A stretch of 55,441 bases of DNA, the filler included, from Basidiobolus ranarum (lineage: Eukaryota), in assembly GCA_040143965.1 (NCBI GenBank). It is 5 parts of 5 records of this genome, joined end to end, with 100 filler letters (N's around TTAATTAATTAA, not from the genome) between each part and the next. Parts side by side here need not be neighbours in the genome. Positions count along the whole stretch, not along the records: positions 11,124 to 22,141 come from JASJQH010000646.1; positions 22,242 to 33,249 come from JASJQH010000647.1; 3 more parts are not named here. The stretch is one strand, 5' to 3'. The translations under genes were made by a program, and so were the position numbers. A model generated the notes under the pieces. It was given only the letters and a program-made list of their open reading frames with translations. It was not told where the DNA came from and searched no databases. Of the stretch, positions 13,158-25,496 are shown piece by piece (position 1 is the first letter of the stretch; each line of letters starts with the position of its first letter).

Positions 13158-14530
13158 CTAATATGAAGCAAAGAACCTTGACCAATACTGTTGGAACATT
13201 ATCTCACGCTCACCTCGCAAGGTTAGCGAAGCCTCAGTATTACTTTGATATTCATGTCTTAACTCCGTCAATGCCATCTTAGTCTGCTGATTGAGTTCTG
13301 CTGTCGTTGTATTTAAGAGCAGCCTCCATACCGATTTCAAATCATCCATTCCACTGTGTGAAAAACCGAGCCAACCATTCTCATTTGACATTCTCTTCTG
13401 ACTTTGTCGAGTTCTCGTTTTGAGATGAGCAAGAAAGAAAGGTAGAAAGCTAGGATATACTTGGATCAACTGGAATAAAAGCCAACTGGGAAGCCCCCAT
13501 AATTTCTTTGTAATATTCAATGTATTGGAATTAACTCTATCCAATAGCCAGTTGACAAGATGTTGCTGAATATGTAGTATATAACTCTTTAAAGAACCAT
13601 CATGAAGCTTTAGGTTCCTCATTTCCACCACTTGAGAAAGATCAGATTCATCTAAAAAGAAGCATAAAGCGAGAACTTCCTGGTGTAAGAAATGAGTATA
13701 TGGTCCAATTAATCAATAGGATGTTAGAGAAAATTTGTTAGCTCGTACCATTCCTTCTGCTTGCTTTTCTGCCAAGTTTTCTATCTCTATAGAGATCTTG
13801 TTCTCAATGATACGAATATCAAGACCTTCCAAATCCTTCGATAATAATTGCACCATTTTTAAAAGCCATATTTTGGCCATTACTCTTCTCACAGTAGAAC
13901 TAGGCAAAAGTTGATATCGATATTGCGCTACATAACTTTCCTCTAATAACAGTACACCTTATTACCTCTTGCCAATAGGAAAATATTCAACAATCATGCG
14001 TATATATATATACCTTTAATATCCTTTTTGACTGTAACCTTTTCTTGCAAATTGACTTGTAATGCGAATAACACGTCTATAGTAGCTGCGGTAACGGCAG
14101 TATTTTGAATATCCTATATAAATATAAGTTTCCTACCGAGAAACGTTTTGTGAAAAATAGATAAATATCTTACTCTAAAGGGATTTTGAGGGTTGTTCCT
14201 TGCACTTTTCCAAGTAGACCATATTTTTGATATGAGTGGTTTTGATAGACCGTTATTAAAAAAGAGTGCTTTGTAAAAGTGCTCCCTTGCTTTCAATAAA
14301 ACTCTTAAACTAGGTATACGTAAAGAGGTGTCAACTTGACTTAGCAAAAGGTCATACACTTCAGCTTGTTCTGAACTAGTTAAATCATGTAATACTGTTT
14401 CTATATGAGTACACCAAGCCTCTCCTCGTTGGAATAGTTCCATAGACCAAATAAAGCTCCCACAGCTAGCTAAACTGAGTATACGACATAGAATGAACAA
14501 CTGCTCCAAGAGACTTTCAAAGCTTGACAT
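13158..14530 (-). CDS. FANCF: FANCF-like protein (Fanconi anemia group F family), multi-exon
   Basis: N-terminus ESLLEQL..LCRIL.LAS....W....FQRG.AWC.HI resembles the FANCF N-terminal helices as I recall them (ESLLQHL..FSELLAVSS....W....VRRALQW..YL). The C-terminal exon LWGLPSWLL.QL...YP.F...FLAHL...W.G......DL...W..LL resembles the FANCF C-terminal domain. ORF pieces 14114-14530, 13713-13907 and 13158-13631 are separated by intron-like AT-rich gaps (e.g. donor GTAAGA at 14173, acceptor at 14114). Exact exon structure is not fully resolved. Confidence 0.7.
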
Positions 14531-15033
14531 ACGTATCGTATCTTAAGGATAGGACTTGGAGATTTGAAATGAATTTAAATTGTTTGCTCTTCATCTCCCA
14601 TCCCGTATAAACTCAAGTTAAATGTAAACATATGATGAAGTATACAATTAATCGATTAATTTTGGAGTTCAATTTATTCTGGCGTACTATATTCGAGTAT
14701 TCTCAGTCAGAATGCATGCGGATATATGTGGATATATGGGTGGTTTTGTACTATAGTCAACTCCAGTGTAAGGCTCAATCAGGATAAAATCACATCTAAG
14801 GATTAGATAAGAGGCGGCTTATCAGTGATAGTAAGATCAGGGATCTATGCCTTTTTAATCCAAGACGAGTTAATATATTTTCAGACATTGATTATCAACC
14901 CTTAAACTACTATCAAAGTGTGAGGCTTAAACTACTACCAAGCACGAGACTAAACGCAAAGCCAAATAGCAACGACAGAGCAGTAACAATAGATAAATGT
15001 AAGTGAGATATGGTCGTTCCTCATGTGCTAAAC

Positions 15034-15537
15034 TGACTCTTTTGGAGAAGAAAAAAAAGGTGGATTACTCAAACTGACAATCGCGTCTTGACTTTAGGCC
15101 TGACTCATTTGCGCGAGGGGAAGTTGACCAATCAAAATAGACCATGATTGTTTGTAGCTCTATGAAATGATTGGAGTTGTTGGAGTACAAGAAATAACAT
15201 AGTATTAGGTGATAGATGCTAAAGAATCTAGATTCCACCGCTAGTCAGTGGAATAATTTACAGCTAGGGAAAGTATACTAGCTGACTCCATTGCTTACAG
15301 TATTACTGAATGCTATTACCGAATGCTCAATGAGACCTAGAAAATCCCTGGAAAGGGCTTTAGTTCGGGTAGAGTTCATCGGCAGGGTGATTTATCATAT
15401 TTGGAAGGATTTCAAATGGATGCCAATTGACTCAAATATCTTGGGGCAGGCCATTCGCTGAAATTCATTGACGTAATTTTGTATTTACTGTGCTCAAAAA
15501 TTCTACCTGGTCCGAGTCAAGTGCCGTGGACTATAAA
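15034..15537 (+). promoter_or_regulatory. SHMT promoter: five TGACTC (Gcn4/Bas1-type) sites plus TATA box
   Basis: TGACTC at 15034, 15101 (TGACTCA), 15283, 15428 (TGACTCA) and 15514 (reverse, GAGTCA); TATAAA at 15532. Confidence 0.6.
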
Positions 15538-15607
15538 TATTCCCTACTCACGCTCATTCCATTCGATATCCAACTCCTCTTCATTCGCTGAGTATCTGAT
15601 TTCTAAA

Positions 15608-17068
15608 ATGGTCTACAACACCAAGCCCGCTGATAACTGGGTATGCTCGATGAATGTACACGTATGAATGAATTTCTTTCATTAACCTATTTTATAATTT
15701 CAGAACACTTGCTTGAACACTCCCTTAGAGCAAGAAGATAGAGAAATCTATGACCTTATCGAAAAAGAAAAATACAGACAGTTTTCTGGATTGGAGTTGA
15801 TTGCTTCTGAGAATTTTACTTCCCAAGCTGTTATTGAAGCCAACGGTTCTTGCCTTACTAACAAGTACTCTGAAGGTCTTCCCGGAGCTCGTTACTATGG
15901 TGGTAACGAGTATATTGACCAAATTGAAAATATCTGTCGTCAGCGTGCTCTTAAGGCCTTCAACTTGAACCCCGAGGAATGGGGTGTTAACGTTCAGCCT
16001 TACTCCGGCAGTACTGCTAACTTCGCTGCCTTCACCGCTTTAATTCAGCCTCATGATCGTATTATGGGTCTTGATTTACCCTCAGGTGGTCACTTGACTC
16101 ACGGTTACCAAACCTCCAAGAAGAAGATCTCCTCTTCTTCTATCTACTTCGAGTCCATGCCTTATCAAGTTGATAACGCTACCGGTGTCATCGATTATGA
16201 TAGATTAGAGCAAAACGCTGCTCTCTTCAGACCCAAGTTGGTTATCTGCGGTGCTTCTGCTTATGCCAGAGAATGGGACTACCCTAGATTCAGAAAGATT
16301 GCTGATCAACATGGTGCTTACCTCATGTCCGATATGGCCCATATTTCCGGCTTAGTCGCCGCTCAAGAAGCCGCTAACCCCTTCGAATACTGTGATATTG
16401 TTACCACCACTACCCACAAAACCTTGAGAGGTCCTCGTGCTGGTATCATCTTCTTCCGTAAGAAGAACGATATTGAATCCCGCGTCAACCAAGCCGTTTT
16501 CCCCTCTTGCCAAGGTGGACCTCACAACAACACCATCGCTGCCATTGCTGTTGCTCTCAAGCAAGCTGGTTCTCCTGAATTTAAGCAATACGCCAAACAA
16601 GTTCGTTCTAACGCTTGTACCTTGGCTGAGACCCTTACCAAATACGGATATAAGATTGTTACCAACGGAACTGACAACCATTTAGTTCTCTGGGATCTTA
16701 GACCTCAAAAATTGACTGGTTCCAAGTTGGAGAAATTGTGTGACTTGGCTCACATCACTCTTAACAAGAACGCCGTCCACGGTGATGTCTCTGCCGTTAC
16801 TCCAGGAGGAGTTCGTATCGGTACTTCTGCCTTGACCTCCAGAAGTTTCAAGGAGGAAGACTTCGTCAAGGTTGGCGAGTTCCTTCACCGTGCAGTCCAA
16901 ATCGCCCTTGCCGCCCAAGCCAAGGCTGGTAGCAAGCTCATTAAAGACTTTGTTGTCGCTTTGGAGGGAGATGAAGAATTGAAGAACTTGAAGAAGGAGG
17001 TCCAAGAATTCGCCATGTCATTCCCTATGCCTGGTTTCGATATTGAAACCATCAAAACCGAATTCTAA
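15608..17068 (+). CDS. SHM2: Serine hydroxymethyltransferase, cytosolic type; exons 15608-15640 and 15704-17068
   Basis: [41 protein letters not shown] (PLP lysine), GTDNHL. 63-nt intron GTATGC...TTTCAG (15641-15703). No mitochondrial presequence. Confidence 0.96.
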
Positions 17069-17506
17069 TCAGTTCATCATTTATTAATTACTCAAATCTT
17101 CACCAACGAACAATATTTACGGACATTTCAACATATTTATGTATAGATTCCAATACATCATAAAACCATTTGTAAGCAAACAATAAGCGCTCTAACAAAA
17201 TAAAGTCAATTATATAACCATTATTCGACGTATCGACTTCATATGTTTATCTACAGCCATTCAGCTGGTTGTCACCACGGAGCGCTAAAAGAACTTTCTC
17301 TGTTTTCCGCAAGTTTGCTGGTACATAGTTGTTGAAAACTTTGTCTACAACATCAATATAAACACACACATATGACGCAAAATCTATCAAAAGAATAATA
17401 TTCGCGAAAGTAACTTTATCAAAATATAGAAGACAAACAAGAGAAACATATTTACATCAACTTTAAGAATTGCAAAAAGAACATACAAAGAATAACATGA
17501 TCAGAT

Positions 17507-20500
17507 TCAAGCTGAAGCCATGATTTCGCTTGACTCCAATTCCTGTTTGTGTCTAGCAGAGTCTTCATCGTCCTCTTCACCATCCTCAGAGGCTTCACTT
17601 TCACTCTCTTGTTCACCGATGATGGCAGCGATATCCTCATCGTCGAGTTCGTAGTCGGGCTTTTCAGCATACTTTCTAACCTCCAAGATCTTGGCTTCAA
17701 ACTCATCGACCATCGATTTATCACGTTGCCACACCTGGGATCTTGCTTTGTTGATGATCTCCATCATGTAATGATAGACTGTGTCATTGTGAAGTTTATC
17801 ATGGAAGTAGGCCATTCCATCGAGTAATTTCTTGAAAGTTCTATCTGATCGATATTGCATCAAAGAAAGACAGTAAGCAATATCTTTCCATTGACGAGAT
17901 TCATCGGTATTTCGGAAGCGTAAACAAAGTTTCTCTACGATATTTTCGGTTTGACGTTCTTTGTCTTTGATGAATTCGAATAGGAACTTCATGATTCGCT
18001 TGAAAGACTCCTCATTGATAGCGTTTTCTCCAGATGACAAACTACTGATCATATCTGGAAGATTGTTGTAAACTGCGTTATCTTTGGAAGCCAACTCAGT
18101 GAAGAATAGTTTGGCAAGATCGCTGATTCTCTGGTCAGAGTTTTCCAAACATTTGGCCATCTCACCAAGTTGCCCTTTGACTTTGATCATTCCGTTGAGA
18201 ATTAGATGCGTAAGAACCATTAGGGTATTCTTCTTGACGGAGTTGTCTGGATCACGGAGTCGTTTGTAGAGGAATGCGATGTTCTCACCCACTAACGTAT
18301 TGAAGCACACTGCAACATCACCGAGAGCAATTACGATGTTACTGCGAACAATAGCGTCGCTAGATTTCTCTAACATGGTGAACAGAAGCTGAAGGTGTTT
18401 CTCACAAAAGTCTCCACTCACACACATGAACTTCGCCAATGCCAGAGCTGCATTGATTTGCAATGAACGATCTTTATAAATGGTGTTGTTCGTGCAAATA
18501 TGTGTGATCAAAGGTCCAAAAGTAGCCAACAGTGATTTCCCACCAAAGAGAAGTTCACGCTCACGTACATGAGCGATCACATCCGCAACATCATCTTCAG
18601 TAGAGCCAACTACTTGATCCAACTCGTCATCATCTGGTTTCTTTTTAGCTGCCTGCTTTGCTTCAGCTTTTCTTTTCTTCCATGCGCTCTCGATGATCTC
18701 CAAATGAACAATCTGTTTCATCGCAACATGACCAACAATGAAAAGTAGTTGAGATAGTAGGGAGGTGGCTTGTGAGTTTTGCTCCTGATCTTCACTCTTT
18801 TCTGCGTCGGATTCAGTTGCAAACACTCTACGTGCTTTAGCTTTGATGAGATTGCTGCATAAGACATCAGGATGATCACACAATAAATACACAGTATTAA
18901 CAGCCTGTTCCGCGACAGTAGACCATTCGTTAGAGTCAGCGTCGTGAGCAAGGAATTCTTCTATCTTCTTAAAGATGGCGTGTGATAAAGGAAGTCGGAT
19001 ATTGCTGGTGTTCACTAAGCCTTTACCTCTTTTGGCTTCGCCTAGTCTCTGAAGTGCCAAACAAGTGTACTTAGCCAAAGCCAAATCCTCCTTACCCAAC
19101 TCACCTAAACCAATTTTAAGCAGAAGGTCAATTCTTTCGGAAATGATTTCCTTCCTAGCTTTTGCTAACATTCCCAAAATAATGATAGCTCCACGACGTT
19201 GTGCCTTTGGGATTTCTTTCTTGGTAATGCCATACACACCCCACAGCTTGGATACTAGCTCGTCTGGGATATGTCCTTCTGACATGATTATGCTTAAAAT
19301 TTCATCCAATGAAGTCAGCTCAGCGAGTGAAGATTCAAAAGTCAGACCAATTAAATGTCTGGAGAAAAGATTGACATTGTCCTTATGGGTAAGGCTAGGA
19401 TCACTAGTTAAATACAACGTACGAAAAGCATCAATGAGTCGACTACGGATTCCCTTAGTTTCATCATTGCCGTTATCCTTGACCCATACTAAATGAAGCA
19501 TCTTGCGAATACCATCTTGGGCCAATTGAATCTTATATCTGGTGGCGGTGACAAAGAAATCCATGGCTTCCATCACCTCAGCTTTGGTTGTAGATCCAAG
19601 AAGTTGACAAAGTATGGGTATAGCCTCATGAATACTCTCGACAAACTCCACCGCGTCAGTGTAGTAACGTCTATGAAACTGCAACTGAATCACTTTGGTG
19701 GCGATCTCAGGGCTTATGGTGGCGGGTGCGGATTCATTTGTCTCGGCTGGAGCTGATTCTAAATTATCTTCACTCTCGCTATTCTCATCAGAAGATGAAT
19801 CCAGACCCAGGTCATCTTCGTCATCAGCTTTGGTTGATTTGCGAGACTTCTTTTTAGAGTCGGTCTTTTCTATGGAAGGAATGACGATCTCTTTCAATTC
19901 CCGATCAATTTGATTCAATCTACCTTGGAAAGTATCCAGAACCAACTCTCCACCTTCAATCAAGAAAGGATGTGTTTCCAACAGCTTGGAAAGTGTTTTG
20001 ATAGCATTTTTCCGGACATTACTACTCTTATCCTCCAATCTGCTAATCACCAAGGCCACTAAACGAGGTCTTCTTTTGGGAAACTTGGCTTTACTCTCGC
20101 AAAGGATTGACAGGACCTGCAACACTTTCGAGCGACAGATAGAATTTACATCACGGAATCTTTCTTCCAAAACATCAAAGTAATGATCGATTTGTTTATG
20201 TTGGAGATCATTTTGTTCCAGGGTAGCCAAATGTAAGATCGCATGACCGATGATTTCGATCAATGCGCACCGAATAACATAGGATTCACTGTCCAATTGA
20301 CGAACCAATAGACCCATTTGTTTGAGAAGAAGTTTGGGTGAAAGCTCCGATAGTTTGGTTAGGAAACGTGAGAATGATTTTGGCCCATTTTTATCGTTGG
20401 AATGGAAATCCTTGTTACTGACTTCGCGTAAAATCGTTTCAGCAAGTTGGGGATGTTCGAATTGTTCGGCCAGCGAGTAGAGTAATTCAGCCATGGGTTC

Positions 20501-21373
20501 ACTCAGATGCTCGTAGTATTGAAGATTTTGTAAGATTGTGGTTTGAGCGGCGAAAGAATGTTCATAATCCAGAACGGATTTGTTAATGATATGGTAAGTC
20601 TGAAGTTTGACTGGGATAGCTTTCAGATTATCCGGGTTTTCTAGGATTTGGTATGCGGAACGGGTAAGTAAATTGACACATGTATCTCGTTCATGTGAAG
20701 AGGAGCAAATTTTGTTCAGTTTAATGTCTAGTGTTCTGGACATCAATTCTAATGACTTTTGCTTGTGTTGCATCCAATCCCAGGATTCCTGTTCATCCTC
20801 TCGTTTGCTGCGATTCTTTTTGACCTTGGAGTTATTTTTATCGGCGTTACTCTTGGTCATGGCCTTCTTCTCAGCCACTCCTGTTAACCAATGAAGAAGG
20901 AAACTATACATCATCAACGCTTGAACGTGATTCTCATAGGATGGATTATTACTGGAGGAGGCCTCTTCAGTTTGATCTATTTGAGTTTGAAATCCGGAAA
21001 GTAGGATATCCAGAAGCTTGTTACTTTGTTGTGGCTTTAATAAGTTGAAATATCTAACCAAGGGAAAGGTGGGTTATTACGAGGTAAATCCAAGAATCTA
21101 AGAGTAAACGAGTATTACTTTATAAAACTACGAAAGCAGTCAAAAACCTCCATATCTGTGATAGACCCGCAGTCGTCTTCGATTTTATCCACAGCATCTA
21201 TTCAATTTAATGTTAGTTAATGGTAATATAGGAGACTTACAACAAGGTCTCATACCGTTCAAAAAGGTCTCTACCGCGGCTGGATTCAGGTTGGCAACAT
21301 CGACTTCATTCTCAATCTTGGTACTGTTATCTTGGAGCTTTACTAGCTCGTCTTGTATATTAAATTTGGACAT
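17507..21373 (-). CDS. YCS4: Condensin complex subunit 1 (Ycs4/Cnd1/NCAPD2), two short 5' exons plus a long exon
   Basis: HEAT-repeat protein with RLEDKSSNVRKNAI, LAKFMCVS..FCE..LQLL, RSNIVIALGD, VLTHLILNGMIKVKGQLGEMAKCL, VYNNLPD. Start MSKFNIQDEL at 21373. Confidence 0.94.
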
Positions 21374-22141
21374 TTTATGTCGTGTTCTGAAAATAGTCTA
21401 AATGTCAGAGGTCAACACGACGCAAATCAAAACCGTACGTGTTCGTGAAAGGGAGGAGAAAAGTGAGTGAATGGGTGGTGAGTATCTAATAGAAAATAAA
21501 CCAAACAAGCAATTAATCAAGTTTCACTGAGGCTCAGTATAAATGGATATTTGGACGGAATGTTGTAAACACTGTTATAATAATCCAATCATTGACCTTA
21601 GAATAAATTCAAAACAAAAACAACATAAACCAATGAATTCCACTCCTCCAAGGTATAATAACAATAACAATAAGCAAAAAGAAAATCATTTACTAAACCT
21701 AAGTTTAAGCCAGATCAGTTAATGCTACGCTTACCATGTGGATGATGATCGATGAAAGAAAATTAAGCGAAAAAAAATGATTCAAGTAAAAGTTTTTTTT
21801 TCATGGTGAGAATCCATATAGGAGAGTAGGACTGACCTAGCGTTTCTTCCTCTCTCATATTCCCGCTTGGCTTTAAACCATGGTATGTAAAATATTTCAA
21901 ATTGAATAATGTCTTTTCCAGCACACTCCAATCCACTCAACTTACATGGATGGAAATGTCGATACAATGGATACAATTCGATTCACTTCTCAATTTCCAG
22001 TGCTAATCATCTCCAACATATTCATTTCATTTGTATAGCCTACCACACTTCATAAGAATAGAAAGAAGCGCGGACACGTTTCCGCCGGTCACGGTCGTGT
22101 CGGTAAGCACAGAAAACATCCGGGAGGTCGCGGTTTGGCTG

Positions 22142-22241
22142 NNNNNNNNNNNNNNNNNNNNNNNNNNNNNNNNNNNNNNNNNNNNTTAATTAATTAANNN
22201 NNNNNNNNNNNNNNNNNNNNNNNNNNNNNNNNNNNNNNNNN
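22142..22241. other. Artificial contig linker
   Basis: N44-TTAATTAATTAA-N44. Confidence 0.99.
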
Positions 22242-22807
22242 CTGAAGCTGAGTATAAGACTTTGACTAATGCCAGCATTGCTAAATACTTATGACTTGGG
22301 ATTATCCATCATGTCAGGATGTAGAACAGGTGCTAAGAGGTGTATATCTCAAATGCTAACGGATTTTTGGATATTTGGGCGCTTAACCATATCATGGTGC
22401 TTTCAAGTAATAACAGTATCGTGAATATGCAAACAAATAGAATTTCCCAGAGTTCCCTCCAGATGTATTTGTCATGATGTGCTCTAGTCCTAACGCTTGA
22501 TAGCAAGTTAAAAGAAGGAATATTAGTAGCTTGAATAGATTTATTCAAAAGACAATAGGTTACAATGAGATCAGCATGCACTACAAACGCTATGAAATGA
22601 AATAAATAGCTAAGTCAAATTGAGAATATTGATGGAAAAAGGAAGAAGTGGGACTATTGCTAGGCGCAAAAGAATCATTGAGGTAGGGTGGAATTTGACT
22701 TTGTTATATACAACAGTCGCTTAGTTCACAATCCGATAATGACTTTTCCGTAACACTTCACAATTTTGTTCAGTTCGGCGTTTGAATCGGTTGTCGCATT
22801 CTGCTGT

Positions 22808-24192
22808 TCAGGGGATTCTAGTGGATCGAATAATCTTTTGAGATTGATGTACAGGCGAACGAGATGTGTCGATATTCACTATCTGATACTGTCGGTTTTT
22901 AGATAATTGTCGCAAACTACATCTAAACAGACTCATGGCCTCATGCACGTCTTTGCCTTTGACTGAGGCCAAGTTCCGAGGTGGACGATTACCTGGGTCA
23001 AACAGCAAAAGGTTGCGAGCACCATTGGCTTGTTTCTCAATGCCAACAACGGTTCGGCTGTGGCCTACATCCCAAAACACATGTTACACACAACGTTCCG
23101 ACTGACCAATACATGCTTTCCTTACCTTGATGCTGAAGATAAAGTGGAGGTTTCTTAGTGATGACCACTCGGTGACGAGTTCCAGACTTGTTCAAGGCCT
23201 TAGATGTTGTTTCGTCACTAGCGCCAAAGTAATTTTCTACCCAATCTAGAACAGCAGGGTGAGTGTTGTTCTCACCAGTATACTTGTAGAAGTCAGTGAC
23301 TAAACAGCTATTTAGGTTTAGAACGTAGTACTATCACTGAATAGATTCCATAGAAAGAGTCTTACCGAACACCTAGATATGAAAGAATACAATAGACTTC
23401 AGTTGCTCCAATCCACGTTTTCGTTCCAACTACATGGTTGCCAAGCTGTGCAGCACCCTCTGTATCAAAACCTTTGCAAGATAGTAGGTTGAGCATTTTT
23501 CTAACATGATATTCATGGACCTGTCGTAAATTACCTGCTTCCCATGCATGTTCGAGAAGTTGTTGCAACTGATGAACGTCAGGCATAGATTTCAGATTCA
23601 AATCAAACTCCTCCATTGCTAGAAGACAAGAGAGAACCATTTGAAGATTATGGTACCCACAACCCCAGCTGGTATCACGTTTGTCATAGCTTATGTGTTT
23701 AGTAGCCGGGTGGCAGAAATATACCACTGAATCCTCTTCTTCGGAGGATTCAATTAAGATTTTTAGTTGGTCGATGAGAACTTTGATCAAATATAAAGAT
23801 TAGTAAGTACAACGGGAACAATCGTGCTTGCACTAAACAATCAAAGTATAGGTACGAACCTGTGTTCAATTTGGGTTTAGGAACTGAGAAAAAAAGGAAA
23901 GGGAAATATTAGCCTATGGAAAGTAGATTTCATTTTGCAAAACTTAACGTACACTCTAAGCGGTTTCCGTTGGTTCCTTTCGCCAAGTGAGGTTCCTAAA
24001 TAGTAAAGAAATGAATGAATGAATAAGATGTTGGTTGTATCGTAGATCAATGGTAAAAACCTTGGACGATTCAGCGGGATTAGAGGATTTCTGGGATTGT
24101 TGTTGAGAAGCCGTTTCGTAATGGGAATTGACGTGGTGGTTTAAAAATGATTCATCACCATTGATATAGTCGTTGCACACTGGACACTCCAT
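22808..24192 (-). CDS. ZUP1/ZUFSP/Mug105-family peptidase C78 (deubiquitinase) with N-terminal UBZ-like zinc finger, multi-exon
   Basis: MECPVC...HVNSH zinc finger; DTSWGCGYHNLQM catalytic Cys motif; LEHAW..GFD.EGA.QL; KTWIGATE; PPLYLQHQ|GHSRTVVG and LLLFDP split by GT-AG introns. Confidence 0.9.
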
Positions 24193-24618
24193 ATATTTAA
24201 AGATAAAACCTAATACTACTCTCTGTTCCTGTCAACAATAAGTTTATTAGCAAAAAAGAGAAGAACTTACAACAGAAAACGAAAGGTATGCGAATTGATC
24301 GGTTGTTTAGACCGTCAGTGAAAGTAAAACTCATTACCTTGAACTAAGATTCAAGAGTTAGGTGGGCTGTAGTACTAATAGCTGCTCAATAGACCAACTT
24401 GAGGATGAACACTTTCTATCTATATTCAGTGTAGATGGCAATTTCAATTCAATTTCTTGCTTTTTATTATTTTCAATAGATTTTATTTGTTTAAAATGGG
24501 GTAGGAATCGAATAATCTCAAATGGATGATTCGAGTGGAAACGGGGAATGCTCATAGTGTAAGATGCCACTTTTCTTTCATGAACGTCATCTGAAGTGAT
24601 CTGAACAATTAGATAATT

Positions 24619-25030
24619 CAGGGTAGTCCTGTGGATTTGAGCCAGATACTTGCCCAACTGGCTATTCTGACTTGCACACGAGTCTCCAACCTCATAAGAC
24701 AGGGCAACCGGAACTCTTCTCGAAAGAGAGCTGGTATCTGGCAGTAATGAGTGAGAAATCGGCTACTGGCCCCAGAAGTGCCTCCGTCAGCTCTGGAAGG
24801 CTCTCGATTGAAGAGCACCAAAAGAGGGCCATACCGCCTTTGTCTTGGTTGATTTTTGTAGCCGAACATCGATGCAGTAAACATCCCTCGAGAGGATCGC
24901 TTGATTTGAAGCAGATTCTGTGTGCATGCTATGCAGGATCGATGTGTAATGCATAGGGCGATTGTCGTTCTTTTGCAAGCCCTAGGACAAACGAAGCCTG
25001 ATCAAGGTCGCAGTCAAGGATTCTATTGGC
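24619..25030 (+). ncRNA. Candidate large structured ncRNA, unidentified family
   Basis: Nested perfect helices of 6-9 bp (see findings), a GAAA-capped hairpin, G-U pairs favouring the + strand, no credible ORF, GC-richer than the flanks. Confidence 0.55.
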
Positions 25031-25496
25031 AAAGTTTAATGATAGGAAGCTTTGATATTTACATGCTCGATTAGGGAGGGATTTAATAAATACTTGTTTG
25101 ATAATAGTGTTAGAATGCAGAGTTGCATCTGCTGTACTCTAAATCGCTCCTTTGCGTAGCTGGTTCAATCTTTATCACGTTTATCTTGTTCCTAGCTATT
25201 ATCTGTACCGAGACAAGCTCTCTCAAGGGAGAATTGTTCTTAGTTTTCTCTTTTCTCCTATTATCCTCTTTCTCGGAGGTTTTATCCTGCTACCTTGATA
25301 AAGACCGAATTTCCAATTCTGAGTAGTCACTCACTTCACTCTTGAGTTTTTGTAGTTTTGGCTTATCAAAAAGGTGTTATTCACGAATACACCAACTGTA
25401 GTGATCAATATACTGTACAACTCGCCTTGTTTACCTAGAATCAAGTTATCCTTATACTTTGCTTACTCGATTGAACTGCCTTACTTTGTTGCATAA

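Noticed and set aside
841-20894. Numerous short antisense or overlapping ORFs inside the NRPS, SHMT and condensin genes
   Set aside because: They are shadow ORFs of real coding sequence with no independent motifs.
24621-24635. Hairpin ribozyme substrate-like AGTCCTGT
   Set aside because: The loop B consensus (GTATATTAC / AGAAACA) is absent.
24645-24860. U1 snRNA (ATACTTGCCC start, TTGCAC loop, ATTTTTG Sm-like site)
   Set aside because: The 5' end differs from ATACTTACCTG and is sequestered in helices; there is no U1-70K loop (GATCACGAAG) in the expected place.
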